Shown piece after piece: positions 1-15,741 of a stretch of DNA of 64,000 bases. Under the pieces are notes generated by a model that did no database searches, was not told the origin of the DNA, and saw only the letters and a program-made list of their open reading frames with translations. This DNA comes from Macrostomum lignano (Eukaryota). Position 1 is the stretch's first letter; every line of letters begins with the position of its first letter. Where the stretch lies: contig NIVC01000459.1 of the NCBI GenBank assembly GCA_002269645.1, forward strand, positions 124,001-188,000, read 5' to 3'. The position numbers were made by a program, and so were the translations under genes.

Positions 1-835
1 CATATCTTACCCATCTACATTACAACTCTCACCCATCAACATTACATATCTCACCCATCTACATTACATATCTCACCCATCTACATTACATATCTTACCC
101 ATCTACATTACAACTCTCACCCATCAACATTACATAATCTCACCCATCTACATTACATATCTCACCCATCTACATTACATCTCTCACCCATCAACATTAA
201 ATATCTTAACCATCTACATTACATATCTCACCCATCTACATTACATATCTCACTCATCTACATTCCATATCTCACTCATCTACATTCCATATCTCACTCA
301 TCTACATTCCATATCTCACTCATCTATATTACATATCTCACTCATCTACATTCCATATCTCACTCATCTACATTACATATCTCACTCATCTACATTCCAT
401 ATCTCACTCATCTACATTCCATATCTCACTTATCTACATTCCATATCTCACTCATCTACATTCCATATCTCACTCATCTACATTCCATATCTCACTCATC
501 TACATTTCTTATCTCACTTAACTACATTTCATATCTCACTCATCTACATTACATATCTTACCCACCTCATGAACTTTGCATATCTCACCGATCTACACTA
601 CATATCTCACTCATCTACACTACAAATCTCACCCATCTACATTACATATCTCACCCATCTACATTACATATCTTACCCATCTACATTACAACTCTCACCC
701 ATCAACATTACATATCTCACCCATCTACATTACATATCTCACTCATCCACACATATCTCACCCATCTACATTACATATCTCACTCATCCACACATATCTC
801 ACCCATCTACATTACATATCTCACCCATCTACACT
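1..835. repeat. 22-bp minisatellite (acattacatatctcacccatct)
   Basis: Direct tandem periodicity. Confidence 0.95.
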
Positions 836-983
836 TTCAGATCGTGAGCCGGAATTGCAATTACACAAAGGTCACAGCGCGGTTGAAGGAGTTTGACTGA
901 AATACTCATTAATCAATTCATTAAAATGCATTTAATTACAAGGCAACAACAGTTTGACGATATATTAAAAACAAATTATTTAC

Positions 984-3900
984 CTGAGTCTTGCGAATTC
1001 TCAAATCCGCCGATGATTTATTGCTTGTCTCTTCCTGTTCGATGTTCTGCTCGATCACTGCAAATCGACACAGGTTAATAGATAGGCTTGATTGGCAAGC
1101 TTTTAACGAAAAAGTCAATAAAAGTTTTATTTATCAAGCGTTATTTCTCAAGGCAGGATTTCGTACCAAAAAGCACCTTTGTTTTTGAGAATTCGTGCAA
1201 AATGGCACTTTGATCTTGGGGAATTTGCTCAAAATGGCATCTTGATCTTGGGGAATTTGCTCAAAATGGCACCTTGATTTTGGGGAATTTGCTCAAAATG
1301 GCACCTTGATTTTGGGGAATCTGCACAAAATGGCACCTTGATCTTGGGGAATTTGCTCAAAATGGCATCTTGATTTTGGGGAATTTGCACAAAATGGCAC
1401 ATTGATCTTGGGGAATTTGCTCAAAATGGCACCTTGATTTTAAGGAATTTGCACAAAATGGCACCTTGGTTTTGGGGAATTTGCTCAAAATGGCACCTTG
1501 ATCTTGGGGAATTTGCTAAAAATGGCACCTTGATCTTGGGGAATTTGCTCAAAATGGCACCTTGATTTTTGAAAATTTATGCAAAACGGCACCTTTATTC
1601 TTGGGAATTTCTGCAGAATGCTCAAAATGCTCAAAATGCTCAAAATCCCTGAATCCCATTGAGGTTACAATCCCTAAAAAAATCTGCTACAAGCCAGAGA
1701 GAGAGGTTCTATCTAGATCCCGCGCGCGCTGCGTGTTGACTTACTAGTTACATACCCGTCCTCCCCAACCCCCAACTCAATTTAAGCAACTCCCGCGTGG
1801 CGCCTGAGCCTGGCAAAATATTTTGATTGATATGGATACGCCTAACAAAAACAGCTGTCATTTATAACCGGATAAGAAAGTACATACCCGCTGTTCAGTC
1901 TCGATTTTATGTAACTTTTTTTTCTAAGAAGGAATGCTAAATTAGTACCCTGCTTTTTTCATTTTGGATATTATTTTAATACCTTTTTTATTAGTATCAA
2001 TAATTTATTAAACATCAGACTGTCTATTGTGGGAATGTTATAAGAATTTGTAGATGAATGAATGTTAAAAGACTTCTGCAACTTCTGCGGCAATGTAAAG
2101 GGGTAGGGTAGATTTTGCTATTATATTTGATTTTTTCACTCGTGTGACCGTCAAAAGGTGAAAAGACTGGCATTGCGACTCTTGTGTGTTAGGTTGAGAA
2201 AAACATAAACGTTAAAAAGCGAACAACTTGGTATGAGTGACCGTTTATTTGACTGTCACGTGACTGACCGCTTATTTGACTGTCACGTGACTGACCGCTT
2301 ATTTGACTGTCACGTGACTGACCGTTTATTTGACTGTCACGTGACTGACCGCTTATTTGACTGTCACGTGACTGACCGTTTATTTGACTGTCACATTTGA
2401 GGGTGACATTGACGGTCACGTGACTGACCATTTATTTGACGGTCACATGACTGACCGCTTATTTGACGGTCACGTGACTGACCGTTTATTTGACTGTCAC
2501 GTGACTGACCGCTTATTTGACTGTCACGTGACTGACCGCTTATTTGACTGTCACATTTGAGGGTGACATTGACGGTCACGTGACTGACCATTTATTTGAC
2601 GGTCACGTGACTGACCGTTTATTTGACTGTCACATAGGAGGGTCACATGCGATACCGTTGTTTGAGGGTCACAAAACGGTTAATATAGTCAAGTCAAAAT
2701 GCGACCGTCCCACTTTTATACGCGTGGAAGCTTTGAAATCTGAAGAATCTCAATAGTTATAATTATTTTAATCGAATAAAAATTTTTAGTCAATTAGAAT
2801 TCAGCTTGGAAAGAATACAGGGTGCCAATTCTGACGCTAGAGTTTAACAGACAACGGATTAGAGAATTGTAGATCATTGAATTCGAAACTACAAGTAAAC
2901 TATGAGATTAATATCATAATTGAAAAGCGCTATTTTTAAAAGTCAGACAGCCGGCCCCGCCCATATTACAGTCTAGCTGGCTAGGCAGGTACATGCGGGG
3001 TCCGGTTTATCTCTCCGCCCCCCCCCGTCACCACCCCCGCCCCCTGCCGAATAGGGACAGAAGCGGTGCAGAGGTTATGGAGAGCGCCGCGCATTCATTA
3101 GGCTTCAAGTGCACTTCCGTCAGACCCAACCGCTTCTCTCTCTCTCTTTCTTCTCTTCTCGCCTTTCAGTCCGCCTCCTCCTCCTCATCTACGCTGGCCT
3201 CCCTAAACCGAAAATATCCCCCCTTCAGCCCACGATCCTACCGACTCTCTCTCTCTCTCTCTCTTTGAGCTCGTGCTCACGTATCCCTCTGGTCCGCTCA
3301 GCAGCAGCAGCAGCAGCAGAAGCAGCAGACAGACTTGCCTCTCTGCCTTGCATTCTCATTGAGGCGCTGGCTCCCGCTTTTGCGGAGAAGGAACCGAAAG
3401 AGCTGAACAGAAAAAGAGAGAAGAGGGCAACAAAAGTGCGAAAAATGCCCCATCCCCAGACCAGCCTGTCAGATTAATCTACCGCTCATTGCTCTGCTGT
3501 CAATCTAGCCTTAATAATTCTTTTTAATAGTATCTGGCAATTTTTTCTCTTTTTTTGGCAACAAGCCAAGTAACATACAAGGACGAGTTCAATAATAAAA
3601 CAAATCAAAGTTATTAATCTAAATACGAGTAACTTAATGCATAAAATAAGAAAATTCCATCTTACCTTTGAGCTTGCCGCGAACCTTATTCGCCGCCTTC
3701 TTAATCTCCGACATGAGCTCTTCCAGTTCTTCTTTCATCTCTGCAAGGTTTGAGTTAATGGCATTGTTAGCCTGAGTGATTCAAGCTACGGTGAAGTTGA
3801 AATCTCACCTTCAGATCTCTACCCGAAATCTCACCTTCAGATCTCTACCCGAAATCTCACCTTCAGATCTCTACCCGAAATCTCACCTTCAGATCTCTAC

Positions 3901-6900
3901 CCGAAATCTCACCTTCAGATCTCTACCCGAAATCTCACCTTCAGATCTCTATCCGAAATCTCACCTTTAGATATCTACCCGAAACCTCACCTTCAGTTGC
4001 TAACCCGAAGTCTCACCTTGAGATCAATACCCCAAGTCTCATATCGAGATCAATACCCCAAGTCCCACCTTGAGATCAATACCCCAAGTCTCACCTTGAG
4101 ACCAATACCCCAAGTCTCACCTTGACATCAATACTCCAAGTCTCACCTTGACATCAATACCCCAAGTCTCACCTTGACATCAATACCCCAAGTCTCACCT
4201 TGACATCAATACCCCAAGTCTCACCTTGACATCAATACCCCAAGTCTCACCTTGACATCAATACCCCAAGTCTCACCTTGACATCAATACCCCAAGTCTC
4301 ACCTTGAGATCAATACCCCAAGTCTCATTTTGACATCAATACCCCAAGTCTCACCTTGAGATCAATACCCCAAGTCTCACCTTGACATCAATACCCCAAG
4401 TCTCACCTTGACATCAATACCCCAAGTCTCACCTTGACATCAATACCCCAAGTCTCACCTTGACATCAATACCCCAAGTCTCACCTTGAGATCAATACCC
4501 CAAGTCTCACCTTGACATCAATACCCCAAGTCTCACCTTGACATCAATACCCCAAGTCTCACCTTGAGACCAATACCCCAAGTCTCATCTTGACATCAAT
4601 ACCCCAAGTCTCACCTTGACATCAATACCCCAAGTCTCACCTTGACATCAATACCCCAAGTCTCACCTTGACATCAATACCCCAAGTCTCACCTTGACAT
4701 CAATACCCCAAGTCTCACCTTGACATCAATACCCCAAGTCTCACCTTGACATCAATACCCCAAGTCTCATCTTGACTACTTGACATCAATACCCCAAGTC
4801 TCACCTTGACATCAATACCCCAAGTCTCACCTTGACATCAATACCCCAAGTCTCATCTTGACATCAATACCCCAAGTCTCACCTTGACATCAATACCCCA
4901 AGTCTCACCTTGACATCAATACCCCAAGTCTCACCTTGACATCAATACCCCAAGTCTCACCTTGACATCAATACCCCAAGTCTCACCTTGACATCAATAC
5001 CCCAAGTCTCACCTTGACATCAATACCCCAAGTCTCACCTTGACATCAATACTCGAAATCTCAAACCTAGAAAGTCCATAACCAAAAGCTCAACTAAACT
5101 AAGCAAAGAATGTTTTCCCAGATAAGAGACCTTGGTCATCGCTAACAAATTCGTGGCTGACAGCACTCACTCTCATCCTGATTCGGCGAGGCCAGAATAG
5201 ACGAATGCTTCATCTTCACTTCGTTGACGTGCTCTTGAATTTTGTCAATCATCTCGCGGATGCCTTCGACTTGTTCGAAAAATTCGTCCATAAAACCGCC
5301 ACCGCGGTCCTCCATGGGAATTGAAGTCTGGTCTTCCACGCCCACATCCGAGTGGCCATCGTCGTGACCAGCCTAAGTTAAGGGTTTTGGATTTATTTAG
5401 ACTCATAAAATCTACTTCGACTTCTAGGAATTTCGTATATACTTGTATTTATCAAGGAAATAGTCAAAAGTTCAAATGTGTATAAAACAAATTTATAGTC
5501 TAAAGTATAATAGTAATGCAAAATAATACTTTCTACATGCACGCTAATTATGTTAATTATTGCATAGGTTTCTTTCATAGGTAGGGCCTAGCTTGTAAGT
5601 CGCTTTTTTGGTGAAAAAGTAAGTAGCACGGCCAGTGTAAATCAGTTTGCACATGTATACTTTCTACTGAAGGATGAACTAGATATATTCTAGCTGCAAG
5701 TTCATATTAAATTTGTGTCTAATTGAGATTTTTACTAAGCCAAGGCTTAAAATAGTGCATTCAATATACAAGTTCTACATTAATAAAAAAGCTAATGGAT
5801 TTCTGCTTTTTAAAATTTGTTAAATGGATTAAATATCACAATAGCTCAAATTAAGTTATCTACAAGATATGTGCAAAGCTGCTTCTATTATTGTAGTTAT
5901 ATTTGTGATTTATTGTTCTTTTGAGCTAAATTTATATTGAAGCCTAAGCAAAAATTAATGTAATTTTAGGTAAATGGCAAAAGTAACTATGACTATATTA
6001 TTAAGGCTAAGCGCCTCATCATCTAATTAGTTCTATGTCTATTTTTAAGGTGGCCATTTTTAGGACTTACTTTGGCTGGGCCCCTTACTAGCCAGCTGGA
6101 TTGTCTGGCTTGGCAGGGTTTAGTATATATATTGAAAATAATTTACTAATAATTTTTAACTGAAGTATTTAGGTCCTAAAAAATACTTTAGTTCATTAGT
6201 TAGCTCGTATACCCTATTTTGATAAAGAACATATTGTCAATCAAACATAAATAGCATTTTTGCTAAATTAAAACATTATTTAGTATCAAAGTTAACAAGT
6301 TCCTTATTGCCAAAAGGTCTAGCACTTTTGCAATTTTTTTATCCAAGGTCCAAATTTAAGATGGCAAAAATTTAAACTTCATGTCACAATGGATTTTGAC
6401 AAAATTTAAAGCTTAATCTTTAATTAATATCTACTTTTATGACATAGGCATGGCCACTTTGGTTTAAGATTTTATTAAAAATACTTTCCTTGGCACTGGT
6501 TTTTATGCAAATAAAAAATATTTTCTGCTTTTCCATGAACTATTTCTTTTTTGCTTTAAAATGTTGGTATTGCTCTGAGCAAAAATAGAGCTCTCTAGGA
6601 AAAACTTTAGATATTGCACTAGAATCTAGCAACTATGATTCTTTACTTTTTAATGCTAAATAGTTAAAAGAGAAAATTAAATATTTTATTTTATTTTTAA
6701 TAGCATTATTTTGTTTTATAATACTTACAACTAGTTCAATAATTAGTATCTCTCAGTGTTTTATGATGCCTTAAAACTTCAAATTAATAGGAATAGTGAT
6801 TAACACTATTTTCCTTTAGGCCTTGTCTCATTTTTATTTACTTCTGATTATTTTTAAACATTGACCTTTGATTTAGTCTATTTGATTTAAGCTATTTACT

Positions 6901-8588
6901 TATACATTATACATGCATAACCCTCCTGATTTATACTGGCCATGCAACTTTTTTTACCAAAAATGTGACTTATTTATGAAAGAAATCTAAAGGCAAAAAT
7001 TATTATAATTTTGGGTAAATTGCCAGAGTAACTATAACTATGTTGTTAAAGGAAAATGCCTTATTATTTAATTGGTACTACTTCTGTATTTTTTAGATAG
7101 GCACTTTTGCAATCTACCTTGGCTGGGCCCCTCATTAGCTAGCTAGATTAGCTAGGTTGGCTGGTTTCAACCCACCTTAGCAAAGGAATTTTTGGCAAAA
7201 GTCAATAATGACAAAAAAAATTTTGCAATGATCATTTTGTCTAAAGCTGGCCATTTTGGCAAACAATTTTTTTAAGATTCATCCAAGCTTTGGCAAGAAG
7301 TTTTTTTATATAAAAAAATATAAGCAAAAAACATAATTTTTAAAGACTATTTTATTATCACATGTTATTATTCTGTTGCAATTTTATTGTTTGATCAGTA
7401 AAATTGTTTTTATTAGGTGCCATTCAATTTACAAACTGCAAATAATTTGTAACAATGAATAATTTATTAAAAGCTTTAATCAACAATGTCCAAAGTGGTA
7501 TATTTGCAATGCAATTATAAGTAGCCTATCTTTTTGCCAAATTGGTCACTTTTTTTGCTGAAATGTTTATCTATGTAAACAAAAATTTCAATTTTGCCAA
7601 AGCATCTTTCACCAAAAATTCCTTTACTAAAATGGGCAGCACTAGTTGGCTGGGTATTATGTATATATATTATACATTGTAGTCAATTTAGACAAGACAT
7701 TACTTAACCTTTGTCTCATAATATATTCAATATATATTGTATAAGGGAGACTGCAAAATGAAAGTAAGGGGTGTTGGCCAATTGAACATCTTTCTTATAA
7801 ACTACATGCAGACTTCAATAGGTCTTCTGCCTGTTAACAAATATATTCATTTGTTTTGCTAATTAATTCTTTAATATTGATTGGAATAACATTTAAATAT
7901 AAACAAAAAACTGAGATTGGCATGTTTATTAGTAAATTAATGACAGTATATCATATATATCATTACTTTCATATGCAATATATATGATAACAAAACTTTT
8001 AATTAGGACATTATATTACAAAAGTGATTATAAAGGAGATTTAGGCCTATTCAATTCATTTCATAAAGTATTAAACTACAATTATGCTATGTTAGTAAAA
8101 CACAATCTAAAATTCATTTTTATGAATCATGATCTAGTTGACAAACTGGAATTAAATTAAAAACATGTGGTTTTGTTTTTTATTTACTTTCCACTTAATT
8201 TCACTGGGTTTCATACAACAATGTAAATTTTAGATATTGTAAAAAAAAGAATGTATTACTAATTTTTATACACATTGATATAGTCTTTATACTAGGCAAG
8301 AGAATAGAGATACCTAAGTCCTAAGATAAGAATTGTGAAAATTAGCTCTATTATAGTAAATCAGTTATCAGTAGGCCTATATTATTAAAATTAAAAAAAG
8401 AGCTATGGAAAACTAATTTCAGTCATTGAAATGCTTTGATAGAGTTTTATAAGAATATAATAAAATAAAAATTGGTAGCAATTAGTCCTAGATGTACTAA
8501 AAATTTTTGAAACTACAATCTTGATTTCATAACTTACATTTCCAAGGCCTCTGGCTTGTCTAAAATCTGCCAGCCTATCCTTCGTCAT
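984..8588 (-). CDS. STX1A: Syntaxin-1 (t-SNARE), 5' part: coding exons 8588-8538, 5372-5171, 3740-3666, 1057-984; remaining exons lie beyond the left edge
   Basis: The spliced exons (all GT-AG, phases 0/1/1/0) read [134 protein letters not shown]. This is the syntaxin-1 N-peptide plus Habc helices. Confidence 0.95.
1198..1600. repeat. 32-bp minisatellite (ttgatcttggggaatttgctcaaaatggcacc)
   Basis: Direct tandem periodicity. Confidence 0.95.
2232..2650. repeat. 27-bp minisatellite containing the palindrome GTCACGTGAC
   Basis: Direct tandem periodicity. Confidence 0.93.
3795..5060. repeat. 26-bp minisatellite with two sub-arrays (aaatctcaccttcagatctctacccg / aagtctcaccttgacatcaatacccc)
   Basis: Direct tandem periodicity. 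Confidence 0.95.
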
Positions 8589-10239
8589 TGTTTTGCTTAA
8601 ACAGGAGACAATGCAAATTAGTATTCACTTGTTGCAGAGGCAACGAGGTGGCAGTGTTTAAAATTGGAGCTGCAAGTCAAATTGAGAGCCTAAAGCAAAC
8701 ACTTTAAGCATTTCGCGCCGTTCCAAAAGATTTTTCCTAGAAAATAATTTTCAATTTATTGCTAAATTTTTCCAAGAAGTGAAACAAATTACGTTGTTTT
8801 TTGCACTTTTTTGGAGTTTTATTAAAAAACTTTGCCAAAAATGTCAGTTAAACTAAAACATTTAAGCATATAGCATGATTTTTAATGAGTCGAAAATTTT
8901 CAGAAAACTACTAAAGCCCACTGTTAAACTCTTTGAATTTATTGCAGAAAAAGAAAAGGGGTTTACGGGTCATTTCGTCAAGATAATTTATAGTCTATTT
9001 TATAGTCTAAAAGTTAAAATAAAGTTGACAGTTTCCAGCTTTTCACGCAAGTGTAAAAAAAACTGAGCGAAGATTGATTTCAATCTGTAACTACTTTAGT
9101 GCTTAATAGGTGATATGTGGTGATCCTGTCTCTCGAAATTTTTTAAAGTATTCTACTGATATGTGCTGTTGCGAATTGCGATGATATTCTACGTACTAGC
9201 TATTTCGGTGCACTTAAGATACTTTGGTGTGGGTTTGGCCTCATAATTTCACGAAAAAGGCAATATCGATCCGTGCATCACATTCTGTATATCAATTCTG
9301 TATATCATAAGAATGGACATATGAGCACGTGGACTCTATATGTATATCATGACCCTTGTTGCGATTCTATTTTTCGAACTTAGCCTCCATTGTGACTGTC
9401 ATGCAGATAAGACTAAGTCTACAAGGTATGAGTCTCTTTTTGTGAAGATAGAAAACACCACGGGGCAAGGGTGGGGTACGCAGAAACAACATTGAGAATC
9501 AACCTGCCTATAGCAGAGATTGCAAGCTATGACAGGACGGTCGATGATGCAGAGGCTCTAATTGTTGAGATGCCAATGCATTCGGCTGGAGATATGAAAG
9601 CTACAAATGCAAGCAATCCAAGCAGATTGAAGCTGGGCTCTTCTTTCCGGCACCATTCAGAGAGTAGCTAACTGATATACAATTTAAATGGCCCACCTGC
9701 AGCTTGATCTTTTCTTAATTTAAGCGGCAGTTAAATGTGCAGCGCCATTCGATTCAGGGGAGAGAGAGGCGGCAGGTCTCAGAAAGATGGTAGTACGTGT
9801 GTCTGGCACACGAGAAGAGCTCTCAATCATCTCACACAGAGCTTAACGCAGCTATCCATGCAGAACGCCATAGCTGTGTGATAAATTGCAATTGTTATTG
9901 ACAGAAATAAAAGTTCCATGCATTGTAACTGTGCCAATGTTTTGCTGAGAACAACAAAAATGAGTACTCGTGTACACTTGGCATTAGTAAAAGTACAGCA
10001 GAATATTTCCGATTCTTATTCTTATAAAATTATTACATGCATGTAATTGCTGCTCAGATTCAGAACCTTGGTATAGTCCTGTTTTAAAGTGTTGCGCATT
10101 CTTGTTTTTGCATTTTAATCCTTTTTTTCTAGACTCGTAGACCATCGTACACCATTGAGAATTATTTTAATTTTAATGTACCGTCAGTAATCCTCTAAGC
10201 CGCTTGAAATATTGACCCACTCGACCGGCGTCCTCTTGG

Positions 10240-10705
10240 TAAATGTACCGTAATCCAGGTAAAATCCAGGTAAGATTGACCCGGAACACACTCTTGGTGC
10301 AGGGGAAGTGATCCAGGTAAATCCGGTCAATTGACGCGGAACACACTCTTGATGCAGGGGAAGTGATCCAGGTAAATCCGATCAATTGACCCGGAACACA
10401 CTCTTGATGCAGGGGAAGTGATCCAGGTAAATCCGGTCAATTGACCCGGAACACACTCTTGATGCAGGGGAAGTGATCCAGGTAAATCCGGTCAATTGAC
10501 CCGGAACACACTCTTGATGCAGGGGAAGTGATCCAGGTAAATCCGGTCAATTGACCCGGAACACACTCTTGATGCAGGGGAAGTGATCCAGGTAAATCCG
10601 GTCAATTGACCCGGAACACACTCTTGATGCAGGGGAAGTGATCCAGGTAAATCCGGTCAATTGACCCGGAACACACTCTTGATGCAGGGGAAGTGATCCG
10701 GGTAC
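10240..10705. repeat. 55-bp minisatellite with an internal hairpin tccggtcaattgacccgga
   Basis: Direct tandem periodicity. Confidence 0.93.
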
Positions 10706-12229
10706 TAGTAAAATCCAGTTTTATTAAGTTTAATTGTTTCTGCTAACAAGTGACAGATATTAGACAACAGTTAAGAAAGCTTCTGACAAAAGTTTGCCAC
10801 AAAGATGGAAGTCCGCGGCACTCGAAATAGTTTCAGCTCTACTATTAGGTGCTTCAAGTGTGCTAAGGTGTCAATTTAAGTTTTCAAGCATTATTATTGA
10901 ACCAATTATTAACAGTCCTACGCTCGTATAAGTGTACTTTTGTGGCCCTTCTTGCGGCGTGGCGTTTAGGGAATATCTGTATTTTCTATTACTATAAAAT
11001 GTACTGGAAAAATTGTCGCGCACTAATTGTGTACGAGAGGTTCGACTCCCATTGGCACGTGTAGCCCCTTAAAACTGCTCCCCAACGGGGGGCGTAGATT
11101 GCTAGTTGGATTGTCTTATGTGTCATATGTTATTCTGATTGTAGAGTAGCCATCTCGGCTTGTGTGGGAAACTTTTGAATTCGAGTCACCACTTTTACCA
11201 TTGGTGGCTTTTGGGTTGATTTGCGCTATTATCCATGCAATGCGTGGCTTACTAAATTGCGTCTGGCAGATTAGGGCGTCAGACTGAGGCTGGGCCAGTT
11301 TTCCTATTACTAATTAATCGATCTTAAGGAAAACTTACGTATTCTACAATGCGCCTTCAGTCGAATTTGAAAATATTAACTTCACGAGATCTTGCATGAT
11401 TTTTAAAAAAATAACATTACAATGTCAGCTAGGGCATGCCCAGGCAGAAAAAATGCAACATCGATCCGTACCTATTACGCATGGACCTACTTTTGTACCT
11501 TCTTTGGATCTTCAAGGTCCCTAATAAGTACGCACGGACTTACCTTATTCAAACCTTTATAGGGTTGGACCTCACGTGCAATCGGACCCTAAGATGTATA
11601 TATGTACGGTGCGGACCTCCTCGTTCGGACCTTTGTTGGACCTCTTTTCGGACCTTTATGCATAACTGTGACTATCCCCACATGGGCTAATGCTGGTGCA
11701 TGCTCCACTGGGCATGGCTATTGTAGGCCAGCACACTGCAATGTCGATTTTTTCCATTTAAAGGAATTAAAAGAAAGTTGACATTTAGAAACTGATCATT
11801 CAGAGAACCAGACTGAATAGAGCAACGTTACTTAAGGAGTCTCATATTCATGTGTCCTCTATATACAAGCCACCAGGTCACTAAGCTAAACCAGAAAGTA
11901 AATTTATTATGTCGTGCGTCACTCCACAACATAAAAAATGTGCACACAAAGATGTTTATTACACTTGTTGCCTTGATCCCCTGACATTGTTGGGTAAGTT
12001 TGTATATGTAGGGTTTAGTTCTGGGTTCCCTAAGATGCTCAAAGATTGGGGTTAAAACCGAACAACAAAAAATGGCCATCCCGAACACCCCAGGTTCCAT
12101 GCGATCCGGTTGGGTGACCTGGATCTGAAAACTGTCGTAACGGTTCGGGATATTTAGCTGGATATATTTCGCAACGACTGAATGCGAAAGAATTTCAGGT
12201 TAAAGTCAAAAAGCCAGTCCGAGATTCTG

Positions 12230-12753
12230 GGGGGTCTTTCTCGAAAGCAACTTACGATCGACCATAGACGTAAGTTGGGTAAGCTACACTTACGGGTTGC
12301 TCGAAGGGCTCGCAAGTTAGCTATGCGTAAGATTGATCGCAACTTTACGAGTTCGTAACTTTGCGCAAAAGACTGTTTCTCGAAACGTTCGTATGTCTAT
12401 GGTCTTTCGTAAGGTTGATCTTAACCCTACGACTGCTCGGTATCAGTCGTAAGACGCACTTAAGCACTAATCGCATAGTACGTGAAGCTTTAGTCAAGCC
12501 AAGTCAAGTTAAACTTTATCGAAGGTGGGTCTTTCTCGAAAGCAACTTACGATAGACTAAGTAAAGATATTTGCAGATTTATGACCATAGACATGCAACT
12601 TTTCGTTTCAGATACGACTTACGAACAGCGTAAGCCACGCAAAGTCTAAGTGAGTTTTGAGAAAGTCTTACGAGCAAACTTACGCTACACGTAAATTTCT
12701 TTCTTACGATCTAACTTACCATAAAACTTACGTGAGTTTCGAGAAACACCCCC
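12230..12753. mobile_element. PIF/Harbinger-type MITE
   Basis: TIRs GGGGGT(C/G)TTTCTCGAAA flanked by a 3-bp CTG TSD (12227-12229, 12754-12756). Confidence 0.75.
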
Positions 12754-12781
12754 CTGGCCCATTTTACATGATAATGGTATA

Positions 12782-14487
<1,706 letters not shown>

Positions 14488-14756
14488 CATGATAATGGTA
14501 TAATAATAATTGATTGCACCTGCTCCAATTGGGCCAGTTGTACAACCGACAGCTCAGCCGCAGCTATTGCGCGGCGCATCTGAAGGCTGCGCACGGCTGT
14601 TCAGTCCAAGGACTGGGGTGTCGCCACACACCTTCAATTACCCCAGCTAATGCTGGCATCCATTTTACAGTGGGTGAGCTGAAGCAATGCAGAGTTAAGT
14701 GTCTTGATGAAGGACACAAATTGTTCCTGTGGGATCGGGAAGCGAACTCCCGACCA

Positions 14757-15007
14757 TCCAGGCTACAACCCCCACTAGGCTACAACCTCACTAGGCTACA
14801 ACCTCACTAGGCTACAACCTCACTAGGCTACAACCTCACTAGGCTACAACCTCACTAGGCTACAACCCCACTAGGCTACAACCTCACTAGGCTACAACCT
14901 CACTAGGCTACAACCTCACTAGGCTACAACCTCACTAGGCTACAACCTCACTAGGCTACAACTTCACTAGGCTACAACCCCACTAGGCTACAACTCCTAC
15001 TAGGCTA
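14757..15007. repeat. 16-bp minisatellite (ctaggctacaacctca)
   Basis: Direct tandem periodicity. Confidence 0.95.
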
Positions 15008-15741
15008 GTAGGCTCCATACGAGGTAATTAAATGCTCTGGTTGTGCTCTACCAGAGAGTGCGCATGCATCTCGAATTTTCTTATTAAGCGGTGGGTTAAG
15101 CCCAACTCTAGTTTAAAAAAATTTCTGCTAAAACGCCAGCTTATTCACGCTCGTACATATGACTGTCAAAAATACATAATGTTGTGTGCTGTCATGCGCG
15201 CTGAATCAAACAGTCTTCAACGGCATCTCATTGGTGCATAAACGTATTGAAACCCTGAGCCTATTCTCGTTCACCGCCGTCGCAACGTCAGCTACGTATC
15301 TCAGCCTCTGATAGCGTGATTAGAAGACTCTGCAAAGCTTTCTTAACAAGATGCACTGGCCACAGAATGCGATGCTAATCTATTAGTAAATAGCTACTAA
15401 AAGCAAGAAGAAAGATTTTTATTGTAAATTGGGGCACAAAGGTCCACTCTGTACCTATTTAGCCATCAAAACTGCCTATTGAAGAGAACAATGAAGCGAC
15501 TATAGTATTCTTCATCAAGTGTTCAGCAGCCCACGCCCCCAGGTTTACACCCATCGTGCCCAGCTCGGCAGAGTGTGGGGTTGACACCCAGGAGTGAGTG
15601 GCCGGAGTAGCCTGGGGTCAGCCCCAGAATCCAATAAATAGGAGAGTAGCAAGTTGAGTGCCGCGCCGCCCCTTCCAGCAGGCAGAACCGCGCATCTCTC
15701 AGAGCAAAGCAACTCTTAGCTGAGAACCCAGCACAGCCAAC

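Noticed and set aside
569-896. ORFs in the 22-bp array, and similar ORFs at 2189-2756, 3776-3970, 19156-19547, 27846-28549 and 61920-62147
   Set aside because: These are stop-free frames of tandem or low-complexity repeats with no protein-like content.
3109-3477. 122-aa ORF in the syntaxin intron
   Set aside because: It is dominated by (CT)n and (GCA)n tracts, with no domain signal.
9471-9671. 66-aa ORF upstream of syntaxin (also 36890-37667 ORFs)
   Set aside because: Non-ATG or short, with no recognisable motif or splice context.
10240-10705. CRISPR-like appearance of the palindromic 55-bp repeat
   Set aside because: The units are directly adjacent with no unique spacers, no cas genes are present, and the context is eukaryotic.
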